A program made the position numbers and the translations under genes. A stretch of DNA of 64,000 bases from contig CAVUUR010000002.1 in assembly GCA_963744715.1 (NCBI GenBank), positions 1-64,000 of the forward strand. The letters run 5' to 3'. The notes below the pieces were generated by a model. That model did no database searches and was not told where the DNA came from. It worked only from the letters and a program-made list of their open reading frames with translations. Source of the stretch: an uncultured bacterium. Lineage in GTDB: Bacteria; Babelota; Babeliae; Babelales; JACPOV01. Position 1 is the stretch's first letter. Each line of letters starts with the position of its first letter. Below, in pieces: positions 56,051 to 64,000 of this stretch.

Positions 56051-56105
56051 GCAGCATATATTAATCTATCGTAAAATTATATTATTAATAAAATTTTAGG
56101 AAATT

Positions 56106-56468
56106 ATGATCAGAAAAATCATACCTTTTGAAGAATTTGAACAAGCAGTTATGCACAAAATAATGGAACACGATACTGCAATTAATAAAATCTTGCGAGA
56201 GCAATATAAACGCGCTCATATACAAGACAGAAGTTTTTCTGGTGTTGGCTTTTTTACTGATTTTATTGTGCCTAATAATATTCCCCATATAATTCAGCAT
56301 GTTGAGTATGATTATGGTGATGTTAAAGCTATTATCAATGATATTGATGGATATGGATTTATTTTATTTATAGATGATGGTGTTATGACATTGTTAGAAG
56401 GATATACCTGGCGAGATTCATGGCCAGATACAATATACAGCTACAGTTTATTTCATACAACGAATTAA
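56106..56468 (+). CDS. Putative immunity protein
   Basis: Small acidic ORF directly after the toxin; LREQY, FSGVGFFTDF, GFILFI and LEGYT..WP motifs. Confidence 0.6.
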   Translation: MIRKIIPFEEFEQAVMHKIMEHDTAINKILREQYKRAHIQDRSFSGVGFFTDFIVPNNIPHIIQHVEYDYGDVKAIINDIDGYGFILFIDDGVMTLLEGYTWRDSWPDTIYSYSLFHTTN

Positions 56469-56556
56469 AAATATATATTTTCCAACGTAAAAAAAGGTTC
56501 ATATACTTTTGGAAAAAAACTGAGAGATTAACGATAAAGCTGGCAATGCATCTCTG

Positions 56557-57048
56557 TTAATTGATAGATTCTTGTACAGAAACCTTTTTTAACGCTTCAT
56601 CTAAAACGCCATTTACAAATTTATACGCATCTTTTTCTGCATAACATTTAGCCAATTCAATGGCTTCATTGATAACAATGATCGGGGCCGTATCGGTATT
56701 GGCAAGTTCCCACAATGCATAACGCAAAATAAGTTTTGTACAAATACCTAAACGTTCATAGCGCCAATTATTTAAGAATGGTTTATATTGTTCATCAAGC
56801 GTATCGCGTAGATTTGCAACGGCCTCAGCTATTTTTACCACATCACTATCACAAGGAATATTTAAGTCGAAACCACGATTAAGATTATCAACAATAGCTT
56901 CTATATTCATCGTATAATCATGGGATTCCATCATATACAAAAGATGAAAAACTAAAGCCCGTTTATCTCTTGCTGATAATTTTTCAAACCAATGCTCAGT
57001 AGAATCTATCGTATCGTGCATATTGTCATGATCTTCTGTTATACGCAT
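56557..57048 (-). CDS. nusB: Transcription antitermination factor NusB
   Basis: W..ERL, ILRYALWEL, INEAIELAK and FVNGVLD motifs; downstream of efp. Confidence 0.93.
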   Translation of the reverse strand: MRITEDHDNMHDTIDSTEHWFEKLSARDKRALVFHLLYMMESHDYTMNIEAIVDNLNRGFDLNIPCDSDVVKIAEAVANLRDTLDEQYKPFLNNWRYERLGICTKLILRYALWELANTDTAPIIVINEAIELAKCYAEKDAYKFVNGVLDEALKKVSVQESIN

Positions 57049-57071
57049 AGATATTATAACCTCTTTTTATG

Positions 57072-57632
57072 TTACACGCGCTCAATATAACTTGCATCAC
57101 GCGTATCAACCTTAACAATATCCCCTTCATTAACAAATAATGGCACCTGCAAAACAAGCCCCGTTTCAACTTTTGCTGGTTTTGTAGCACCGCCTTGGGC
57201 AGTATCACCACGTACACCGGGTGGTGTTTCAATGACTTTTAATTCCATAAAAAGTGGGGGTGTAACGGTAATAGGACGCTCTGAAAAATACAGAACCGTA
57301 TAAATTGTCTCTTCTTTTAAATAATCTTTGACTTCTTTAAGCTGCTCTTTAGTAAAACCAACTTGCTCATACGATTGCTGATCTAAGAAGTGATAGGTGT
57401 CACTTTCTCGATAAAGATACTGCATTTGATGATATTCTAAATCAGGTTCAGGCAGTTTTTCTCCCGATCTGAAGGTGTCTTCATGTACAAGCCCCGTGAT
57501 CATATTTTTCATTTTGGTACGAATATAAGCACCGCCTTTACCAGGTTTAGTCCATTGAAAATCAATAACCATGTAAGGATCTCCTTTATAGAGAATCTTG
57601 GTTCCTTTTCTAAAATCGGATGCAGATACCAC
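57072..57632 (-). CDS. efp: Elongation factor P
   Basis: KPGKGGA, PGVRGDT, KPAKVETG and VPLFVNEG motifs. Confidence 0.97.
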   Translation of the reverse strand: MVSASDFRKGTKILYKGDPYMVIDFQWTKPGKGGAYIRTKMKNMITGLVHEDTFRSGEKLPEPDLEYHQMQYLYRESDTYHFLDQQSYEQVGFTKEQLKEVKDYLKEETIYTVLYFSERPITVTPPLFMELKVIETPPGVRGDTAQGGATKPAKVETGLVLQVPLFVNEGDIVKVDTRDASYIERV

Positions 57633-57829
57633 GCTTTACCTTTCAGTCAATTATGCACTTTTTTCTCTCACAGACTCATCTATTTAATATAAAAGAATGC
57701 TAAAAAAAAGCAATTTTTTGAAAAAAATAGCGCATGTATCGCGATTTAAAAAATTTCCTTACGATTATACATTTATCGCACTAAAGGGTAATTAATTATG
57801 GTTATGCAGTCAGTAAGCATGTATTGGTG

Positions 57830-58036
57830 TTAGTGCGGCTTGTGATGATTTTTTCTTCCTTTTGTTCCCCAAACACCCCATTTTGAGTTATTTTTCATGA
57901 CTCTAGCGATATTAGATGCGCCACGGCTCATTTTTCTCCGTATATGGCCTAATCTATTATCAAGCCGCGCCGAAATACTGGTATTTTTAACTTCAGTGTC
58001 TTTATTACCCCTGAACAATTTTTTAATAAATTTCAT
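57830..58036 (-). CDS. Small basic hypothetical protein
   Basis: 68-aa ORF with strong RBS aaggag. Confidence 0.55.
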   Translation of the reverse strand: MKFIKKLFRGNKDTEVKNTSISARLDNRLGHIRRKMSRGASNIARVMKNNSKWGVWGTKGRKNHHKPH

Positions 58037-58293
58037 GTAAAACTCCTTATTTTTTTAGCTAGATAGTGTAATAGTAGTACATTAGGGGCAAAAAAATCAA
58101 TTAATGACTGAAATTATTTTATAGGTATTATAACCTATTATTCTAAAATCGTCCTGATTTCTTGAATAAAGAGCTAATTCTGACGTTTTGTGTACCATTC
58201 GGCGCAATAATTCAATAGTTTTATCGAAATTTCCAATCTATTAATCTTGTGCTATGCTAGTCAAAAAAAATATTTTTACTAAAAGGAGATTCT

Positions 58294-58749
58294 ATGAAAA
58301 ATCGTGGCATATTAATAACCTTACTTACTGCAGCATCACTCTCGTTGTTTGCAGGATGTAATAGAGAAATGGAAAAAGAAACTTCTATGGATAACACTCA
58401 CAAAAAACAAACACTACCTTCGGGATTACAGTATGAAATACTACGCGAAGCTCCTGCAAATAGCCCTATGCCAAAAAAAGGACAACGCGTTACGGTTCAT
58501 TACACCGGCACCTTTCCAGATGGCAGGGTTTTTGATAGTAGTTTAAAACGTAACCAGCCATTCACCTTTATTTTAGGAGCTGGCCAAGTTATTAAAGGAT
58601 GGGATGAGGGCGTTGCACTTATGAAAGTTGGCGAAAAATGCCGTCTTACCATTCCTTCTGACCTTGCTTATGGAACACGCGGTTCTTCAGGCGCTATTCC
58701 ACCTAATGCTACCTTAGTATTTGAAATTGAATTGTTAGCGATTCAATAA
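58294..58749 (+). CDS. FKBP-type peptidyl-prolyl isomerase lipoprotein
   Basis: Lipobox FAGC; VHYTG, FDSS, VIKGWDEG and IPPNATLVFEIEL motifs. Confidence 0.95.
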   Translation: MKNRGILITLLTAASLSLFAGCNREMEKETSMDNTHKKQTLPSGLQYEILREAPANSPMPKKGQRVTVHYTGTFPDGRVFDSSLKRNQPFTFILGAGQVIKGWDEGVALMKVGEKCRLTIPSDLAYGTRGSSGAIPPNATLVFEIELLAIQ

Positions 58750-58765
58750 CAAAACGACAAATTTG

Positions 58766-58812
58766 TAATGCATGGATTGTTTTTTCTCATAGCAATCCAT
58801 GCATTATTTTTT
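58766..58812. terminator. Hairpin terminator between convergent genes
   Basis: taatgcatggattg...caatccatgcatta followed by a T-run. Confidence 0.75.
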
Positions 58813-60290
58813 TAGAGATGTTTTTTCAAAAGCTCTTGAATCATTTTCGGATTAGCTTTGCCTTGTGTTTTGCTCATTATCTGCCCAACAAAAAATCCAA
58901 ATAATTTTTGCTGGCCGTTTTTATACTGAGCAGCTTGTTCCGGATGCGCAGCAATTATTTCAATAATTATTTTTTCTAAATCTTCTGTTGAGCCAATTTG
59001 TTCAAGCCCCTGCTCTTTAACAACGTCAAGTGGCATGGCGCCGGTCTTTGCTACGTGCTCAAATACTTGTTGTGCTGCACGAATATTGATAACATTTTGA
59101 TCAATTAAATTCACTAGTTGTGCTAATTTTTCAGGGGTTATTTTACATTCAGTAAGGGTAATTTTTTGCTCTTTTATATACCCCATGAGATCGCGAAGTA
59201 TCCAATTAATAAGTTGTTTGCTTGCTGTATGTTTTTTTGCTTGTTCGAAATAATCTGCTAAGGTGCGGTCTTCAACCAAAATCGCTGCTTGAGCCGTTGT
59301 AAGCCCTTCTTGACTACAGAATCGATCAAATTTTTGTTCAGGAAGTTCAGGCAATTGTTTGCTCATACGGTCAATCCATGCTTTATTAATTTCAAGCAAT
59401 GGTAAATCCGGGTCGGAAAAATAGCGATAATCAGCTAATTCTTCTTTTGAACGCATTGCCACCGAAACACGTTCCTTAGTGTCCCATAACCGTGTTTCTT
59501 GCTTTATGGTTCCACCATTTTCAAGGATTTCTATATGACGAGCTGTTTCATGCTCAATGGCGTCGCCAATAAACTTAAAGGAATTAATATTTTTTAGCTC
59601 TACGCGCGTTCCTAAGGTGGATGAATTTTTTTTACGTACCGAAATATTGGTATCGGCTCTAAATGAACCTTCTTCCATGTTGCCCGTACAAATACCAAGA
59701 TATTGCACGATAGACCGTAATGCCTGCAAATAGGCACGCGCCTCATACGCACTGGTAATATCAGGATGACTAACTATTTCAAGCAACGGGGTACCCGCAC
59801 GATTTAAATCAACAAAACTTTCTCCTGCACCACCATGAATATTTTTACCGGCATCTTCTTCCATATGAATGCGAATAAGACGAATTTTTTTCTTAGATCC
59901 ATCCTCAAGCCGAATATTAACATAACCGTCGGTGCAAATTGGCTTATCATTTTGCGTGATTTGGTAATTTTTTGGTAAATCTGGATAAAAATAATGTTTT
60001 CTATCAAATAAAGATTGTTTGGAAATGGTACAATTCGTAGCGAGACCGGCTAAAATTCCATAATCTACAACCGTCTTATTTAAAACAGGCAGTGTGCCCG
60101 GATGCCCGGTACAAATCTGACAAATATTGGTATTAGGCTCTTTAGTAATCTCATTGGCACAGGTACAAAAAATCTTGGTTTTCGTTGTTAATTGAACATG
60201 AACTTCAATACCTATATCAATGCGATATTCAGGAAATTTTTCAAGAATTGAAGAATTCTCGGACACTGTTGGACCTTTCACTAGGAACAT
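58812..60290 (-). CDS. gatB: Asp-tRNA(Asn)/Glu-tRNA(Gln) amidotransferase subunit B (alternative GTG start at 60266)
   Basis: IGIEVHVQL, YFYPDLPK, HMEEDAGK, NRAGTPLLEIV and DYRYF motifs. Confidence 0.97.
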   Translation of the reverse strand: MFLVKGPTVSENSSILEKFPEYRIDIGIEVHVQLTTKTKIFCTCANEITKEPNTNICQICTGHPGTLPVLNKTVVDYGILAGLATNCTISKQSLFDRKHYFYPDLPKNYQITQNDKPICTDGYVNIRLEDGSKKKIRLIRIHMEEDAGKNIHGGAGESFVDLNRAGTPLLEIVSHPDITSAYEARAYLQALRSIVQYLGICTGNMEEGSFRADTNISVRKKNSSTLGTRVELKNINSFKFIGDAIEHETARHIEILENGGTIKQETRLWDTKERVSVAMRSKEELADYRYFSDPDLPLLEINKAWIDRMSKQLPELPEQKFDRFCSQEGLTTAQAAILVEDRTLADYFEQAKKHTASKQLINWILRDLMGYIKEQKITLTECKITPEKLAQLVNLIDQNVINIRAAQQVFEHVAKTGAMPLDVVKEQGLEQIGSTEDLEKIIIEIIAAHPEQAAQYKNGQQKLFGFFVGQIMSKTQGKANPKMIQELLKKHL

Positions 60291-60518
60291 TAATTACCAC
60301 GATTTTACTCCACTACTATAGCACAACTACAATAAATCTACAGCCGTTTTTTATTACCCATCAGTAAAGAAACGCTTTTTAGCAATAGCGATACTCAAAA
60401 ATTAACCTATTTTTACACATATTGAATAAAAAAATATTACAATGTATTGCACTATGTTTTACAAAAATTTTATAATGTAAATAAAAATAGCAATGAATAC
60501 AAAAAAAGGAACGTTGCA

Positions 60519-61442
60519 ATGAACAGATTCTTACGATTATTGTTTATCGGTACATTGCTGATACCTGCAACCTATTTTGGCCAAGAAGGTATATTTAAAG
60601 ATGCAAAAATTATAGAAAAAAGCGCAACGGCAAAGATAGAATCACTTAAAGATCAAGAAACGCAATTAACGCGCGAAAAAAACGATTTGCAAAAGGGAAA
60701 ATACGATGTTCAGGCCAACTATCTTAACAGACGTATTAACCAACTAGCACAGCAACGAGAAGTATTACAAAATAATCTTAAGGACTTTACCGCTGCAAAA
60801 GAAGAATTTGATAAACCCGCAGCCACACGCCCGGAAAAAAATCGCGCTCTTGATATTGGGCAAGAGAAAAGTCGCGAACTTACCAAATACACACAACAGC
60901 TTGCAGGGCTTTTATATCAACCCGGAGAAGGTTTTTATCGCAATAATAAACAAGTTAAAGCCTTCGACGATCTTGTTAACGTAAGTTTTACAAAAAGTAA
61001 GTTAAGCTCCCAAGCAGCAAAAAATAATCGACTTCTTGATTTAAATAATTTAGCAACCGATATGATTCGCCAAGCAGCTACGCGAGGCCAAGAACTTTTG
61101 GGTAAAGATTTCAAAAAAACTGCTGATAATGTCGAAAATTCCTTAAAAAAAATAACCAAACGCATAGAACCAACGCAACAAGTTAAGGATGCCACTAATG
61201 CAGCATTATATACATTCAGGGAACAGGCCCTTAAAAATGATCCGTCCATGATCTCGGTATATGAAATTGGATCACCCGAAGCGAAAAATTCTTTCCAATT
61301 CGAGTTAACTAATCTGAACAAAGAATACCAAAAAGTAATCAGTGTCATTAATACTATGAATACCGCGCTAGGCTCAACAACAAAATTACCTCAAGAATTA
61401 ACGTTGCAATCTCTGGAATCGTTTTCCAAGCTACGCACCTAA
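60519..61442 (+). CDS. Hypothetical secreted coiled-coil protein
   Basis: RBS aagga + ATG 60519; signal peptide; helical composition. Confidence 0.65.
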   Translation: MNRFLRLLFIGTLLIPATYFGQEGIFKDAKIIEKSATAKIESLKDQETQLTREKNDLQKGKYDVQANYLNRRINQLAQQREVLQNNLKDFTAAKEEFDKPAATRPEKNRALDIGQEKSRELTKYTQQLAGLLYQPGEGFYRNNKQVKAFDDLVNVSFTKSKLSSQAAKNNRLLDLNNLATDMIRQAATRGQELLGKDFKKTADNVENSLKKITKRIEPTQQVKDATNAALYTFREQALKNDPSMISVYEIGSPEAKNSFQFELTNLNKEYQKVISVINTMNTALGSTTKLPQELTLQSLESFSKLRT

Positions 61443-61443
61443 C

Positions 61444-62954
61444 TCAGATTATTTTAATATGATGTATAGCAATGCTATCATCACTCACGAGCGTAAGTGT
61501 TACGTTATATTCACGCTCCAATTGTAATACCGAATTATATTCAGTGGTGGTTATATAGGTAAACATAGCAGGATGTAAATGCACCGTAACCGCCGTGGTA
61601 TCCTTTAGTTTACGTAAATGTTCTTTAAGCTTGGGTAATAACACATAACATTGCGTTTGCATTGATTTAACAAAGCCCAATCCATGACAGGTTGCGCAGG
61701 AATCAGTTAGTTCTTGTAATAATGTTTTACCAGAACGTTTGCGGGTCATTTGTACAAGGCCAAATTCAGAAACTTTAAGCACAACCGATTGAAATTTATC
61801 TCGTTCTTTGAGTGTTTTTTCAAAAAACTTTAATAATTTTTGGCGGTTAGCCGGTGATGCCATATCAATAAAATCGATTACAATCAAGCCACCAATATTA
61901 CGTAATCTTAATTGACGAACAACTTCTTCTGCTGCTTCTAAGATTAGTTTTTAAAATAGTTTCTTCAAGATTTGCCTTACCAATATATTTGCCCGTATTA
62001 ACGTCAATAACCGTCATCGCTTCTGTGGTTTCAATAATAATGGAACCACCCGACTTCATAAATGTCTTACGGGAAAGCGCTTCTTCAATCTCTTTATTAA
62101 TATCAAATTTTTCAAAAATTTCATGCGGACCAGCATAATAATGCACTTTATAGATATATTCTGGTGCAATATGCTTTACAAATTTATATAGATCAACTTG
62201 GGTATTCTTTATCATCAACAATAACTTCTTCAACATCATCATCTAAATGATCGCGAACAATTTGTAACGGTATTGGTAAATCTTCATGAATCTTTTCTTG
62301 TGCTTTAGCGGAATCATAACGCTTTAATAATACCATTCCATATAGTCGTTAAATATTGTAAATCCTGGGCAATTTCTTTTTCTGATCGATTTTCAGAGGT
62401 CGTACGTATAATAGCCCCCATACCTTCGGGCAAACTGCGTAATAAAATATCTTTCAACCGAGCTCGTTCATCTTTATCTTCAATCTTTTTTGAGATTGCA
62501 ATGCGAGGAATATTGGGCATTAAAACTATAAATCGCCCGGGTAACGTAAAGCAGGTAGTAAGCTTTGCCCCTTTTTAGTATACCGGTTCTTTGCTAACCT
62601 GCACCAAAATAGATTCACCTTCATGAAAATTTTACTAATATCAGGGCCCTGCTGAGATTCTTGTTTATGGCCGGAAGAGGTATGAATTTCTTCCAATTCA
62701 ATATTTTCACCCATTCTTTGCAAGGCAAGTTCCCGATCTATTTCAGAAATATGTAAAAAACCGGATTTTTCTTGTCCAATGTCAACAAAGGCGGTCTGAA
62801 TACCCGGCAATACGGTAGTAACCGTACCTTTAAAAAAGGACTGTTCTAATGCCTTGCTAACGGGAGAAGAAAAATAAATATTTTGCAACTCTTCATCACG
62901 AATAATTGCTACCCTTGTCTGCCAATAATTCACATTAATGATAATTTTTTTCAT
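61444..62954 (-). CDS. rng: Rne/Rng family ribonuclease (RNase G-like), several frameshifts
   Basis: VLPGIQTAFVDIG, IIRT, TEAMTVIDVNTG, IVIDFIDM, FGLVQMTRKR and CATCHG distributed over four ORFs. Confidence 0.88.
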
Positions 62955-63159
62955 AGGCTTTCCAATTCGATTGCTTGTCGTGATTGTTTTTTTGCACGTG
63001 CGCAATAGAGTTTTTTAATTTTTATATTCTATAAGTATACCTTATCTATCGGGCAAAGAGTAGAAACAAAAAAATATTGAGTAGAAAAGAGTATAAAAAT
63101 ATGCTAAAGTGCCACTAATCGAGACAGATTAAAAAAAACAATTTTTTTAGGAGGCAGCA

Positions 63160-63783
63160 ATGCAAACAAAATATTTTTTTGCTCTTTTAATCCTTATTTT
63201 GGGTTTAAATGGCTGTGGAGGCAGAAAAAACCGTACAGAACCTAAACAGACTCATAAACCTACCACTGATATGCCAACCCATGATTCAAAAACTACAAAA
63301 GTCAGCTTTTTTGACGAGGATGCCAGTGGCTTTGAGGATGTAGAAACCTTTGTATTGGATGAAGAATCTAATGCCCCCCAACCAGCACAAGCTAACACAA
63401 CCTTAGCGTGGCAAGAATCAGCCGCAACTCCTGCAGGCCATGAACGCGTTGTTTATTTTAATTACGATAGTTCAAGACCACGCGAAGATCAGCAACCAAA
63501 TCTCGCGATGGCAAAAGAATCAGTCAAAGAATGGGCAAACCAAGGGCATAAAGTTGTCTTTAAAGGGCACGCTTGCCGTTATCATGGTGAACCAGCCTAT
63601 AATACAGCACTTTCCAACCAACGCGCCCATGATTTAGCCATGGAGATTACTAAAGATCTCGGTATAGCCAAAGAGATGGTACAATGTTTTGGCGTGGGTA
63701 ATGAAGAGCCAATGGTGTATGATGACACCCTAGAAGGTAATGCACCAAATCGCCGTGTTGAAATCTATTCACTAGCGGTTTAA
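63160..63783 (+). CDS. pal: Pal/OmpA-family peptidoglycan-associated lipoprotein
   Basis: Lipobox LNGC; VYFNYD, GH, YNTALSNQRA, G.GNEEP and NRRVEI motifs. Confidence 0.75.
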   Translation: MQTKYFFALLILILGLNGCGGRKNRTEPKQTHKPTTDMPTHDSKTTKVSFFDEDASGFEDVETFVLDEESNAPQPAQANTTLAWQESAATPAGHERVVYFNYDSSRPREDQQPNLAMAKESVKEWANQGHKVVFKGHACRYHGEPAYNTALSNQRAHDLAMEITKDLGIAKEMVQCFGVGNEEPMVYDDTLEGNAPNRRVEIYSLAV

Positions 63784-63801
63784 AAAAACTTTATATAAGT
63801 T

Positions 63802-63837
63802 AAAAAAAAGGCCTCTATTTTTTAGGGGCCTTTTTTT
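63802..63837. terminator. Bidirectional intrinsic terminator
   Basis: aaaaaaaaggcctcta...taggggccttttttt. Confidence 0.8.
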
Positions 63838-63854
63838 ATTACAAAAAAAGTTAT

Positions 63855-64000
63855 CTAAGCGGTTACGCACCTATCTTTGCGCAACTGCTCTTCCATGGTG
63901 TGAGCAAGCATTATTTGTTTGAGCGCATCATTCCTCTTTTTAGGCGAAGGATGAGAAATCTGATCTTTTGTATAAAGATAATAACCAAACATGCTTAGCA
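63855..64000 (-). CDS. 3' end of a gene running off the window
   Basis: Open frame ...DQISHPSPKKRNDALKQ...CVTA stop, converging on the terminator. Confidence 0.45.
   Translation of the reverse strand, partial: LSMFGYYLYTKDQISHPSPKKRNDALKQIMLAHTMEEQLRKDRCVTA

Overview
AT-rich bacterial chromosome segment. Its gene content (ankyrin arrays, many orphan signal-peptide proteins, YVTN propellers, a Hint-domain toxin, Tol-Pal, atpDC, efp-nusB, gatB) is most consistent with a host-associated diderm such as Ca. Dependentiae (TM6/Babelota); that placement is inference. Housekeeping genes alternate with tandem paralog arrays of secreted proteins. Main observations: (1) a ~10.8 kb array of six variable YVTN beta-propeller genes sharing a conserved C-terminal domain, three of them paired with a small outer-membrane beta-barrel gene, with repeated promoters and terminators and clear mosaicism between copies; (2) a Sec-exported Hint-domain polymorphic toxin whose Hint appears able to cleave only at its C-terminus, followed by a putative immunity gene; (3) a ~4.8 kb island of secreted orphan proteins bracketed by atpC and a diverged dead atpC copy; (4) a recurrent signal peptide + Met-(Glu/Asp/Gln) signature on about ten secreted proteins from several unrelated families. 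Many single-base frameshifts, including in murI, tolA and the Rne/Rng gene, look like sequencing or assembly errors. No rRNA, tRNA, CRISPR array, integrase or transposase was recognised.
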